A stretch of 64,000 bases of DNA from the NCBI GenBank assembly GCA_012295275.1, contig CM022679.1, forward strand, positions 15,314,001-15,378,000, written 5' to 3'. Position numbers and translations under genes: made by a program. The stretch comes from Chrysomallon squamiferum. Taxonomy: Eukaryota; Animalia; Mollusca. Below, piece after piece: positions 1 to 13,529 of this stretch (position 1 is its first letter; each line of letters opens with the position of its first letter). Below the pieces are notes generated by a model. The model did no database searches and was not told the origin of the DNA. It saw only the letters and a list, made by a program, of their open reading frames with translations.

Positions 1-1285
1 AAATATTAATAGTAAACAATTTTATAAAGTTGGGATAAAACTTTTTCATTTCAGCTTCTCTAATGATGTTCTCATTACTTTACCTCAGTATTGGTTTTAA
101 ATAATTATTTACACTAAATGCGTAATTTTTATCATTTTTTTTTTTTTTTTATTATTATTTTTTTTTTTTTAAAGGATATTTGTCTTAAAATAATAATGAA
201 ATAAAAAAGTTATCATAAAATTGGTTATGGTAGTTGAGAAAAGAGATTTTTAAACTGTTAATATCATGTTATTGTATGTGTGTATATATATATATAAATG
301 ATATGTATATTTATACAAAATTCTTAGTGCATATATCTACATTGTTACAATGTTGTTGAATGATGTAATATAAAAATAAAAGCAATTTACATTATTTTTG
401 TTTTGTTTGTTGTCAGTTTTAGTTTGTTACCAGAAAAAGTTATGGCTTTAACCAGGCTAAATATTGGAGGCTTGATGAGTTTCTGTGTTAAGTGCAAATC
501 CCAGCAATGAAATCCCAAAGGAAGACTCACAATAAAATAAAACAGAACATAAACAAAGAAGCAAACAAATAATAAAAATTAAGCAATATAAATAAATAAG
601 TAAATAAAAATTAAGTAATGTAAACTGAAAAATACAAATGGAAACAGAAGTGAAATACATAAATATTAAAGTTTATTGTAAATAAATAAATGAAATTAAG
701 TTACAAAATAGAATACTAGTAAATTAATAAAGTAGCTCTATTTGGATTTCCAACAAAATACTTTGCAAAACAAAGGTATCTTACACTTATTATGAGTGTC
801 AAAATGTACAAAATTCATTGTTTGAAATTGTGTTTAAGGAGAAAGCAGCAATACAACTCTTTTAAAATAATTTTATGTTTACTGTCAGCCAATATAGATC
901 AATTACATGTACACAAATCTTATTCATTACATTAAGTAAATTTGTTAACTTGATCAGTAATATAGTTTTTCATAATAATATATAACTATTTTAAAATGGG
1001 GTTTTATTTCTCATTTATCAGGTATGAACACAGATGTTTCCTGATGGGTAAAAAAGTAAGGGAACCAACAAACTGTGTTATTTTATTTTAATATGAACTT
1101 TTGCAAAAGAAAACTTTCTTATTAGGAGACTTCTCTGGTAATTATTTTAATTTTAATTTTTTTTTTTATTTTACAAGTTAAAGCTAAATTGTGGAGATAA
1201 CTCACTGGCATGACCAGTGTTGTTGCTGAAATTTAATGAAACAGAAGAGAGAAGAATCTATTATAGTTGCTAAAAGCATAAAACA

Positions 1286-1316
<31 letters not shown>

Positions 1317-2299
1317 TTATTATTATCTGTTGTAATTATATACTATAATAACAAAACAAAAAATAAAACAAAATGTAGAAATAATAACAAATCCAATACA
1401 ATAAAATGCATTTTATCATAGCAAAGACAGAAGAGCATGTTACAGACACATATACACTATTCAAGTATACACAAAAAATGTCATATTGTAGACAGTATGA
1501 GATTCAATCATGCAGCTTACAATACGAAGTCTAGCTCCACAAAGTATACATAATTTTAACTGAATGTATCAGCCCAAACATACATCTACCACAAACTTTT
1601 TATTTTTAAACAATCCATCTTAAAAATAAAACTGACATTACATAACCCAACACACATATATTCATCTGATGATACTGATCTTGAATGAAATGAATGTTAT
1701 TATTACAGAAGTGTACAATAACTTGAATATAAACTGGACAGATACAATCAGAATGATATACTAGTGAAAAAAAAACTAGTATATAAAACCATGTACACTG
1801 CAGTTGTTACACCATAGAGCACCATATAATTTACTTATTATATATTAAAGCAGACCACATAGTTATATTACTGATGAAAAAAAATATGCTTATCAATCAA
1901 TAATGGATACATATTGAGAAAATAAAATTAGTAATAATTTACTGACTAGTTTTCACTTCTACAAACTTAACCACTAGTTTCACCATCACTAGTTAGTTAT
2001 ACATTTCTAATTCTCATTTCTCTTCTAAAATGCCCGTTTTCTACATCAGCATTAACAACAACTTGCTAAAAATACTGTTTGTCCTAGAGTTAATATTATT
2101 CTCTGTTCTATTCCCATCTAATTGCATAAATATATATATATATATATATAGAAAGAGAGAGAGATATTTTTAAAGAATGATCACATTCATTGTCTAACGT
2201 AACATTGCACAGGCTAAAGATTTGTTTGTTAAGTAAAATGAGGCCGTTTGATTCCTAACACTGCTGACTTATAGATATGTAACTTATACATATGTTGGC

Positions 2300-2700
2300 A
2301 CCTTTATGTTCAACGAGTGTAATTCATCCAACAAAGTCAGGTGAATATCAGTACTACGTCTCGAATAGTTTCAGTCAGTTGAATGATGTGTAGAAACCCT
2401 CAAACAGTTCAGCATCATCTGAGGTTGAACTATTTGGGGCTTTTTAAGTACCATGTGATAGCAGAGGTTCAACAATAACCATCCATTCACAGAAAACTGT
2501 TTTTCTTCTTTAATTTCCCTATTAAAATTTGAAGTGTGGTGTCATCTCTTAGTTCCAGAAAAAAGCCACACGATTGCTCAGAAGAAGCAATACCGACTAA
2601 TGTTCACCTAACTTTGTTGTAAGCAGAATAATGTCCTCAGTCTCATGATTAGCTGCATTTGTAATTTAAATTTTGGCCTAACAGCCTCAAATGTGATTCA
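2300..2700 (-). mobile_element. Possible degenerate hAT-superfamily (Charlie/GTF2IRD2-like) transposase relic
   Basis: The minus strand gives, across frameshifts and stops, EDIIL../YNKVR*/FFLELRD/ITWYL..NL. This resembles the LLL(H/Y)xxVRWLSRG..RFFELRxE..DIxxHLNxLNL region of hAT transposases. Motif resemblance by eye only; no TIRs found. Confidence 0.35.
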
Positions 2701-4072
2701 CTAGTACAACTCATCCTGAGATTTGAGAGATTATCCTGCATGTATTTCAGTCTAATATCTGCACTTATAGCTGCATTACTAACAGGATACCAGCTAAAAT
2801 GTATTTTATAATTATACTGAATTTCACATACAAACAGCATTTATTATATTTCATTAAAAACAATGTAAAATTCAGACTATCAGATTATATTAACATGTAA
2901 GCTGAAGCAGAAACAATGAATGAGAATTTATAAAGTTTGCAAAGCAATTAATGATGTTATGGACTTGCCATAAATTATTACCAGCATCAACACTATGAAT
3001 TTGTTTTTAATCTTAATTTATTGTTAACTGAAAAACAAATATTTTACTAAGAAATAAAATGAAACCAATTGTTTCAGTAAATCATAAATTAGTCTAAAAA
3101 CAGCAAGATAATCCATAAATCATTACTAAAAATATAAAGTTTTAAAATTTTGTAAGGTACTAAAAAGATTAAGATATAAATGAATAAGAAAAATCACAAA
3201 ATTTTAATACAAGATGTAGAATTTTGTAAAATATGTGCCTCTGAGCAGCTGCCTTTCCAAAAATGGCAAGATTTTCATCAAAACAATCGATAGGAATCTA
3301 TAAAACTGTTTAATAAAAATATGGCAGGGTGGGATTTAAATCTTTTTATCTTTCAAGTGTCTGAGACATTGTGGTAAAAGTAAGCAGGAATCTAACTGCC
3401 ATCACAGTAAAAGGTCTATTTTATTTCTCACAGCACTGTGTTTTAAAAATATTACAATCATTTTTATTTAATTATTTATGTGACTTTGATATCAAGAATG
3501 TCCAATGTGGACACAACTTCCAACCTTTCCAGAGAGATCTGTCCAAGATAGGGATTATCTATTTATTTATTCATTTATTTATTATTATGATGATAACTTT
3601 AATGACAAAATTACATTTTAATAAACTAATTTTTTGAGCTTAATGTACCTGTAGGTCAAAGCTTAAACACTACTAATGCAGAATGCAATTCAAAATATTT
3701 TGAACTTTAATCTTATTTATTAAGTTAATTGTGGCATATTTGTGAAGTAATACAATTATTTAGTGGAACCATTCTGAAGAGAATAAATATTCAAATAATC
3801 TTTGAAAGGGTGTAAATACGTGTAAAGTAATTAATTTTTCAAGAAAATATACACTGCTTGTATTTTATAAATGTGAGTATGGCAAAATGTAATACTTTAA
3901 ATGGTATTCACTTACAATGTCCAGTAATAATGAATGTTCAAAAAAAAAAAAAAAACATTCAAACAACCTCAAAATTTAATATTAATTATAAATTATCTCT
4001 GAAAAAAAAAAAAAAAAAACTACATGAAATATATCCTTTAATTAATGAATCTATAACCATAAAAAAAAAAAA

Positions 4073-4103
<31 letters not shown>

Positions 4104-4794
4104 AAAAATTATATCAAAAGATAAATTAGGAAAAGTATTTTTTAATTTATATATCTATATTCAAAATAATCACAAACCCCCCTGAAAAAACATATATATA
4201 TATTAAATGCAGTACAGAAATAAAATCACACATATTAAATGAAAATGAATACAGTTTTATCAAACATGACATATCTTTTTCATTGAGAACTGGTTTGGAA
4301 TCTTTCATTTCTTGAGATTAATAATGTGTATGTTTTACAACAACATACAACCATACATTTTGTTATATAATGATGCTCGTATCTTGTAACAAGCAGGTAC
4401 ACAAACATAATTATTTGCTGGAAACAGTTTTTTATAACCAAAGAGAAAAGGTAGCTCAGTTGATACTATTTTCTTTGGGCTTCAAAATATAATGTGTTAT
4501 TTTCAATTAAAATGATGAGCAGTCTTGTTATTGGGTGATATTACTTAAACAATTGGAGAGAGAGAGAAAACATTATATAAACAGGAAGCAGATGTTTTTC
4601 TAAAATTAAAGAAGGTAATTTAGTTGATCAACTAAATAAAAAAATGAATATAAAATTAATAATCTTTAACATTAAAAAAAAAAGAAGATATTTGGAAGGA
4701 AAAATGTTCTGACAAGTTTACAATAATTGCCAATAATACAATAAATTTAAGTTTTATGTTGTAAATTGATATTATCATTTTATTACTAAAGAAT

Positions 4795-5775
4795 TCATCT
4801 GTTAAGTAATAAATACTGTTTAACACTTAAAGGGAGGGGCAAATCAGAAATATTCTTCACAAAGTTTTTGCCCATTGATTGCTCACTTATGAAGGACCGA
4901 ATTACACATTTGCATTGGTGTTTCAAAGACTGTGGCATTTTTAATCTATCATCGAGCAATGCAACAACTTCATCGTCTATGTCGCTGTTCTGCAATGCCA
5001 TTCTGACTGATCGAATCTGAGCTGGTGACACTCCTGCTGTAAGCACCAATTTAATAATTTCTACATTTCCATGCTTGGCTGCCCAGAACAGAGGCGACTG
5101 CTCTGCTAATGCAAAAGGTCCACCACCGCCGAGGCTGCTGCCATTGATGATGAGGGTCTTTAAAATGATTGAACTGACTCGGTACATGAGAGCTGCAAGA
5201 AGTGGGGTGCAATGAAATTTGTCCATTTTGTTAACACTAGCTCCGTTTAAAATCAGGTATTCCACTAAATCAGGCATCTGCTGGCGTGATGCTACCCACA
5301 GTGCTGTGTGTCCTTGATTGTCAAATGCATCTATATCAGCACCCTGACCCACCAGTGTCACTACACCTTCTAAAAAGTGCATGCGGCAAGAGGTTATTAT
5401 AGGTGGTTCCACTCTGTCCAGATGATCCTTGCTGCTCATATTTAAATCAATTTTCCTTATTTTTTCATAATGACGCATGAAGAGATGAAATATTTCGAAA
5501 TTTCTTTTGTACAATGTTAATGATAATGGAGTCACATCTTTGATGTGGAAATTTAAATCCAGGTCTGGATAAGACAGCAGTATATTTCTAACAGATGTTA
5601 AACATCCTTCTTCAATAGCTGAAAAAATATCATATGACAAATATGACTGGACGTATCTGTTGGACGTTTCAAATGTTGTCTGGTTACTATTTGGTGACCG
5701 TGGACATGGTATATCTTTCAGATCTTTGTGAACAATTGCAGTTTTTGTGACTATTGGTGCTATAACTTGGGACAT
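4795..5775 (-). CDS. Ankyrin repeat and SOCS box (ASB-like) protein, 326 aa, intronless CDS
   Basis: Long ORF with several ankyrin repeats (GADIDAFDNQGHTALWVAS, GASVNKMDKFHCTPLLAAL, QSPLFWAAKHGNVEIIKLVL) and a C-terminal SOCS box (PQSLKHQCKCVIRSFI...ISDLPLPLSVKQYLL). Confidence 0.92.
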   Translation of the reverse strand: MSQVIAPIVTKTAIVHKDLKDIPCPRSPNSNQTTFETSNRYVQSYLSYDIFSAIEEGCLTSVRNILLSYPDLDLNFHIKDVTPLSLTLYKRNFEIFHLFMRHYEKIRKIDLNMSSKDHLDRVEPPIITSCRMHFLEGVVTLVGQGADIDAFDNQGHTALWVASRQQMPDLVEYLILNGASVNKMDKFHCTPLLAALMYRVSSIILKTLIINGSSLGGGGPFALAEQSPLFWAAKHGNVEIIKLVLTAGVSPAQIRSVRMALQNSDIDDEVVALLDDRLKMPQSLKHQCKCVIRSFISEQSMGKNFVKNISDLPLPLSVKQYLLLNR

Positions 5776-6149
5776 CTTGGATAACGTGTTATCCTTTGAA
5801 GACCAAGCGTCTGTCGCACAATAAAACTTTTAAATTATTTTATTTTTGCGTATTTAGTTACATAAAACCAAATATAAATTATACAAACTGAAATGTTTAA
5901 TATTTCTTGTGTCCAATATCATGAATATGACTGACAATCGTCGACGAGATCCTATCGCCAGCACAAGTCAACGCCCTCCTGCATCTTTATATTAACCTTT
6001 GTAACGTTTCATGCTAAACCTGCGAATACTCCTGATTTCCAACAACATTCAAACTATTTGACGTAGCACTGAATTACATCATTTTTATAAACTCTACACA
6101 TTTTCCCATCAAATTGATAAAAGATGTTGCGAGCTGTCACTGAAATTAA

Positions 6150-6158
6150 ACCGGAAGT
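6150..6158 (+). promoter_or_regulatory. ETS/GABP-type site ACCGGAAGT in the shared ASB/IFT27 intergenic region
   Basis: Perfect ETS consensus in the ~0.9 kb, locally CpG-containing interval between divergent start codons (5775 and 6690). Confidence 0.5.
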
Positions 6159-6201
6159 TGTTGTTTGTTTGCCTGATAGTTGTATTCTCTACACATCTGT
6201 T

Positions 6202-6214
6202 GTTACTGGGATAA
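6202..6214 (+). promoter_or_regulatory. Imperfect X-box (RFX)-like motif upstream of IFT27
   Basis: GTTACTGGGATAA resembles the GTTRCY-N-RGNNAC X-box. A second weak match, GATACCAAGGATAT, lies at 6667-6680. Ciliary IFT genes are classically RFX targets, but both matches are imperfect. Confidence 0.3.
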
Positions 6215-6689
6215 GTAAGGTAAAATATATATGTTTATTTATTTTATATTCAGCCAACAGTATATTTTAAAACATAAACAAAATCACTTTCGCACTTTTT
6301 TAAGTTGAAATACTGAACGTGAATGTTTCCAAATCAAAAAATATTAATTTTTAAATAACTACTTTTAATATATATTCGGCATTAACCAGAATACATTGTA
6401 ATGGCCCAGTGGAAAACACTGCTTTTCTTAAAGCGAGTATTGTCTGATTTTTTTATATTACAATATTAACACGCTTTTGATGGATTTATATTTTTTATTT
6501 TTTAGACATTACATTGTAAAATAATAGGCAGGTTGCTGTTCCATAAAGAGATATATGGTATAGAAAGTAATCTTTACTATTAATTATCCATACAAATGAT
6601 GGCACATATTTACTGCTGCCCTGATCGCATACTTCCGAAACAAAAGTAGGGTAGTTTGTTTATGGTGATACCAAGGATATCAAACAGTC

Positions 6690-6743
6690 ATGCCGGCTGT
6701 TCTGAGAGCAAAATGTATTGTTGTTGGTATGTAAAAAGCATTA

Positions 6744-6793
<50 letters not shown>

Positions 6794-7088
6794 CAAATAA
6801 ATAAATAAGTAAATAAAAATTAAATCTTAAATTGTTTTTTTTTATTTTACTTTTTATTTATAATATTAATAGTTTTAGAAATTAGAACAACAACAACAAA
6901 GAAACACATAAATTACAGAAATGCTAAATTGTAGTAAATAAATCTCAGTCTCTCTACATAATATGCTAATGTGAAATTATTAAAATTTGATAAAATATCA
7001 TTATGGAACATAGCAGACTTGAATATCTGTTAGTATCACAAACACACACACACACATGAACACACACACACACATACACACACACATG

Positions 7089-7136
<48 letters not shown>

Positions 7137-7375
7137 CACAGGCACAGGCACACACACACACAGTTTCAAATGGTATCAAATTTCTTTTCAGGTGATTCAG
7201 GTGTTGGCAAGAGTTCAGTTTGCCAGGTTTTCCACAGTGATGGCTCCCACTTTCCAAAGAATTATACAATGGTAGGTTTATATTTATATATATATATAAA
7301 GAAAGTAATTTTATTTATTTATTGTTAATATTGTGATAATTATTAAACTTTTAGACTTATATTTGTGTTAAAAAA

Positions 7376-7447
<72 letters not shown>

Positions 7448-10400
7448 CACTCATTTTATAACAATATATATATATATATATAAAAGAAAGAATTATAATT
7501 ATATTGTTTTGGAAACCTTCCATAAGAAAAATACATCTTCAATAATTTCTTTTTTTCGTGTAATTATTAAAACATCCTTATTTTTACTACAGAATACTGG
7601 AGTTGAGATGATGGTAAAGTCGGTGAACATTCCAGATACACAAGACTCAGTGGTAAATTTTTTATATATATTTTGAAATAAGAAATTATATATGTGTGAG
7701 TGTGCGTGTATGTGTACTGTAGTTTTGAAATTTGCTTTTAAAAACCTATTTATTAAATATACATTTCCATGGGATGCACTATTCATGCACAGCCTAATTT
7801 TTTTTAAAAACCATTTTTTTCTCCCTATTATATTGAATTTAAAAATGTTATAACACAGTAATGGTACCCTTTCTTTTTTTAAATGCTTTTTCAGCCTTGT
7901 TCTATTATTAACAAATCTCTAGGACTTCTTTCCAATGTCAAATGTTTTTTAATTAATATTCATTGAATGATCTGTTGTTATTTATTTATTTTGTTAAATA
8001 TTGTTGTTAAAAAATAACACCATATATTATATTTTTGTTTCTGTTTTATTAAGAAATTAAATAAATAAATTTAGTACATGATTTGTTTGTTTCTGTATCA
8101 TACCTTGTTGGATGGGAATTCTTTCTTAGATAATTAGAGTTGTAATCAGAAACTGATTTCAGCAGTGATATGATGGCAAAGAAAATTCGTTTTTAAAAGT
8201 ATTTCTATTTGTGATCCTAATTTGTTATTGGTATTTTAAAAAAAAAAAAATGAAAGAAATGAAATAAATAAAGGACATACCCTTTCAGGTTTAAATCAGA
8301 ATGTTATGATCTTTTATATTAATTATTGCTTTTGTAAGTATATATATGTGTTTGTGTATGAAAAAACCCAGTAATTAACAAAAGGGACCACCCAAACACC
8401 AAACAAAAAAAAAGAAGAAATTGTTAATGAAAATTAGTCCTTTAAGCCATCTTGGAACAAAGGAGTAAAATATTAGATTATGTTTTCATTTCAGGAAATT
8501 TTTATTTATGATTCGGCAGGAAAAGAAATTTTCACTGAGTCGGTGATGAAATTTGTAAGTTTGTTAAATTTTATGCTTTTGAACCCATTTGGTCATTATA
8601 AAATATATTAAATTTTTTTGATTTATTTAATTTCTTGTTCTTCTTCTTATTAACTTTTATTTGTTATATTTAACATTAGTGGGTTTTTTCACAATTTGTT
8701 TTTATATTAATTGTAAGATATTTGTAATATAATTAGTAAAGAAAGCAATGTCATTTATATTTTCTGTCCATCTTGACATGAGCACACACTTCTTTAGTAA
8801 TTAAAATTTTTATGCATACATAAAATTGTTTTCTTTACTGATTTTTATTTCTTTTGCCTCTAAAAGCAATCTGTCAGATTCTGAACATACAAGTTAATGA
8901 TTAATCTGATTATTTTAAAATCCAAAATCTGCAGAATAATTTATACTATATTTCTTATTGTTTTAGTCTTTCGTATAAATTAAGTAAATGTATAAAATGA
9001 TTTTAATTCAGTTAAAGTATCATTAAGGATTAATCAACTATGTATATAGATGTTTGTGTGTCTGTGTATGTTTATGTATTAGCATTATAATTATTAAAAA
9101 TTGTTAAACAATAAGTACAGCCCTGAACCATTTGAAATATGGCCTCAAATATTTTACTTAAGACAGTCATATAATTGTGATGACTGTTTCTATATGAAAA
9201 TGTGTTGAGGTATGTTGGTAAATAAATATACTGTGGTACCTTGACTTATGAGTGCCTGTTTATGAGCAAGCTTCTGAGATGGCGCCACTAGTTGGCAAAA
9301 TGAACAACACAACATCCACCCAGCATCCTGCATCTTATTCGTTTATGTCACGTGATTATCTCATCATGGAAGCATCTCTGTTGCATTGTGCTTGTATTTT
9401 GTGCAGTATTTTGCCAAATTTCTTTTTTCTGACTGGATCATAAGAAAGTAAGTGCAAAGGACAATGCTGAGAAGAAGAAGCGGATGGTGTCCAATGAATT
9501 TAAGCATGAAATAACAGAAAAACATGAGTGAGGTGTGCATGTAGTCGACTTCACTAGGCAGTATGAGCATGTACTTCTACGATATGTACCATACTAAAAC
9601 AGAAGGAGTGAATAAAAGCTCTAACTACAGCCAAAGGCATTAAAATTATTTGTCTGATCTCCAAGATAAATACACTTTACAAAACCAATCTATTTTTTTA
9701 CATTCTCTTTTCTATTGTTATACAATATTTGTCATTTATAAATACAGTTTTTCTTACTTAAAAACACATTACAAAAAAAAATGGGGTGGTTTTAGGGTGG
9801 CTGGAACAGATTAATGGTATTTCAGTTAATTTCACATGGAAAAATATATTTGATATACGAGCAAATTGAGTTACAAGCTTGGACAAGGAACGAATTAAAC
9901 TTGTAATTCAAGATACCACTGTATATTGTTCTTTCCCTTTAGTGGGACCAGCCATCCATGGTTTTGGTAATTTATGATGTCACAAGTGAAACTTCATTCT
10001 CCAGTTGTGTTAAATGGCTAGAAAGAGTCCGATCTCAAAAACCAGATGTTCAGATGCCAGGTAATGAGAACTTTTAAAAACAATTTGTACTCGAAAGTTG
10101 CTTATTTAAAAAAATAACTCACATGGATGGATGACAAGATTTTACTGGATTAGAGTGTTTTATTTTTATTAATGCAGTTTAAGTCTCTTGGATTTATTTT
10201 TATCTTTATTGTTTTTGAGATTTTTAAAATTTAAAAAAATAAAAAAGTAAAAATCATTATTTTTCTTTATATTTATAATTTGCTTTACTGTCATTTCAAT
10301 TTAATTTATATTTCTGCTTTTATTGAAAGAATACATTTTAATTTTTTATTTATTTATTTATTTTAGAAAATATAAATAAGATAAATTAAAATTCTCCTTT

Positions 10401-11140
10401 ATATTCTTTAATTATTATCATGATTGTTTTAAGACATTATGAATCTCTTCCAGAGAATGATTGTATATTTTTGATATTAAGGTGTTCTGTTGGCAAACAA
10501 AATTGATTTGGATCAGAGAAGAACAGTGAGCCCAAAAGCTGGCAAAGATTTGGCCATGTCACAAAATCTGGAGTATTTTGAATGTTCAGCAGTAAGTACA
10601 TTAAGTAACTGTGAGCGTAAAATTTTAATATCTGAAGTATTTTGAGTGTTTATCTGTGAGTATATTAAGTAACATTGAGTGTAAAATTTTAATATCTGAA
10701 GTATTTTGAGTGTTTATCTGTGAGTATATTAAGTAACAGTGAGTGTAAAATTTTAATATCTCAAGTATTTTGAGTGTTTATCAGTAATTATATTACATAA
10801 CTAGTGCAAGTATAAAATTGAAAAAAGTATTAACTATTTTGAGTGTTTAGTAATTATATTGCATAACAGTGTCAGATGTTACCAAATGAATTTTAAATAT
10901 TTGAGAAATATTCTCTTTATCAGAATCGTTGACAATACACATTTTCCTTTTTTTTATATTTATTTGTTTGATTCTTTTTAAATTGATTATTATTTATTTA
11001 TTCATTTATATATATATATATATATATATATTTCATTTCAGAAAGAAATCCAGAATGTTGACACAGCATTTTACTATCTAGCCAATGAATTTCACAAAAT
11101 TTATCAAGAGAGAGTGATACTTTTTAAATCTCTTTCATAG
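6690..11140 (+). CDS. IFT27: Intraflagellar transport protein 27 (Rab-like 4), 7 coding exons, 187 aa
   Basis: Exons 6690-6726, 7192-7271, 7593-7652, 8495-8554, 9943-10060, 10482-10591 and 11042-11140 are all GT-AG and phase-compatible (564 nt). Protein: MPAVLRAKCIVVGDSGVGKSSVCQVFHSDGSHFPKNYTMNTGVEMMVKSV..IYDSAGKE..LANKIDL..FECSAKE..FKSLS*. GTPase G1/G3/G4/G5 motifs are present and there is no C-terminal prenylation Cys, as in IFT27. Confidence 0.95.
9231..9921 (+). mobile_element. Internally deleted pogo/Tigger-like DNA transposon in IFT27 intron 4
   Basis: Imperfect TIRs (CTGTGGTACCTTGACTTATGAGT vs reverse complement of the right end CAGTGGTATCTTGAATTACAAGT, 18/23) with TA on both sides. 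Internal relic KKVSAKDNAEKKKRMVSNEFKHEITEKHE*GVHVVDFTRQY../STICTILKQKE resembles the psq/CENP-B HTH. The paralogous intron has an empty site at ~18905. Confidence 0.85.
10595..10795. repeat. 64-bp minisatellite (~3 units) in IFT27 intron 6
   Basis: The unit GAGTATATTAAGTAACATTGAGTGTAAAATTTTAATATCTGAAGTATTTTGAGTGTTTATCTGT recurs at 10658 and 10722. Confidence 0.85.
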
Positions 11141-13529
11141 GAACTGAATAGTTACTTATTTATATATTTATTTATTAATTTACACTAATTATTTTTTTTT
11201 TTTTATTAATTTCATAATCTTCTTATCACAAACAATCTTTATCTTTGTAGTATATTCACAGAGCCTTGGTTCATTTTGTATGCAACCTGGTTACTCTCTT
11301 TTGCAGTAAGTCTTTACTGATAATGAAATAAAACAGTGAAATAATAAGCTAGAGAATATTTGTGGATACACACACACACACACAGAAGGAAATTTAAAAC
11401 CTTTATAGATAAAAATTTGAAGTTGGTATTTACTAATGCATTGAAGGACATCTTTGACAAATCTGAGTGCAAAATGATATAATGATCAAATAAATGAAAT
11501 ATTTGACCTCCATTCATCTTCATAATCTTGTTATGAATTCTGTAACATTATTGTTGTTGCAACATTTAGTGTCCAGAAACATTCTGAAGTAAATAAAATG
11601 TATTAAATTATTTGTCTGCAATTATAAGTATTAAATTATTTTACTGCAAGTATTAATGATAAAAAATTTAAATAATATTTAGGCTTTTATTTGGAATTGT
11701 ATAGAGAATTCACTAACTTTAGTTTTTGTTTAAACTAAGTAGGAAAAATCAGTTAAATATCTATTAAATGTTATTCTTGCATTCCAAAATTCAAGAGAAA
11801 AAACATTGCATTTTCGTAACTTCTTTGATAAAATATTTCCTTGACTTGTGATTTTATAACGTTCAGTCAAAAGTAAGAATTAAGCTTAAAGTACTGTTCT
11901 TCAAACATGGATTTCATCAAAAATATTTTCATTAATGTCCATGTAAAAAATAGTTATTTTTCATCATGTTTTTCTCTTCTGTTTTTTTTTTTAAAAAGTG
12001 CATTATACGATATTTGTAATATTTTTGTAAATTTGTTATCTCCAAAAATCTGTTGTAATTTGTAATATGCATTTTTTTTTGCTTTAATGATGATTTTTCC
12101 ACCTTGATTTTCAATTTAATGCTGTTAAGGTTTCATCATTAGATTTTTTATAACAGGAGTAGATATGTTTATGTTTGACAGTATTCTCAGTTTATGTTGT
12201 AACAAAATCAAAATGTAAAAAATCTCATTTGTAGTATTATGTTCATTTGTTAAGAACTTCATTTCAAGAAGCTAACTTTCCTTTATTATACCAAGGCCTC
12301 AGAACAAGTACATTAACAAAATATTTACAGTATTTCAGAAAATGTTTGCTAACTATTGGGATATCATACTCTTAATAAATTTCACGAGATTCAGTATGCT
12401 GCCCAGTGTTGGAAATGGAGTGGGGGCATGCAAGGGGTGGGTGGGCAGTGTTCCCCTACTGTTTTTAAATTTCTACATCAATATGAAGTCAGAAATCTTC
12501 ATTAGCTATCCTTTTCATGTTTGTTTTTTTGCAGTTAAAATTAACTTGTTTATTTTTTATAATTATAAATATTAAATGTATTCAATTATCAAAAATCAAA
12601 AACACTATCTTTCTTAAGCTGCATATTGTTTGTGCATGCTGACAATCTAGCATTGTGTTTGATACAGTAGCTAGTATGGTTTGTTCTAGCAATTGTGTGT
12701 GAGATGCCTTCATACATTGTGAATCTGACTCACTGTAGTTAGTATTTACACACATTTCAATGATCTTACTCAATTAGAAATTGTTAGGGTAGGCCTGAAT
12801 TAGGTTAAGAATTAACTGAATACTTTTTCTATTATCTACCATCAATAACAGATTAGAACAACAACAACAACACACCAAAATTCTCATGAAGGGAATTGGA
12901 ACATCTACATCTTCCCAACATCAATCTCAGAGAATTTATTGTATCATCTTCTACTAAAACACATTTCATTCACTGACTGCCACATTTATGTGCAGTACAA
13001 GTTTGTTGTTACAGTGTTGGTGTCTGGTTGTTGTATAAATACATGCCTACCTAAAAACACACTTGGTGTACATTTTGTTGTGATTAATATACTGTTTAAC
13101 TTTATGTATATTTGTTTTTCTTTCTGATTTTCAAAAAACTGTTCAGAGAAAAGAAGGAAAAAAAAAAAAAGTCTGAAGAGTTACTTTGTCCACTGGACAG
13201 TTTAAATTCTATTAACCATCAAGAGATATTTTTGTTAATCATTGAGATGTTTTCTCTCTACAAACGGATATAATGTAATAAAGTTTTAAAATCTATATCA
13301 ATTTTGTGGTTTGTTTCTGTGTTTAGATTTAGGCTTTGGGCTACATATGCCCCAAACATCTCAACAAAACAATTTGTTTTTATTCAAGCCTTGAGAACTC
13401 CTGAATACTGTCATCACTTTAAACTTTGCTATCTTTTGGTACAGGACCAATACAATAACAAAACAACAACTTATGTGAATGTGTATTATATAGATAGATA
13501 GATAGACAGATATATGGGCGTGGTGGGGG

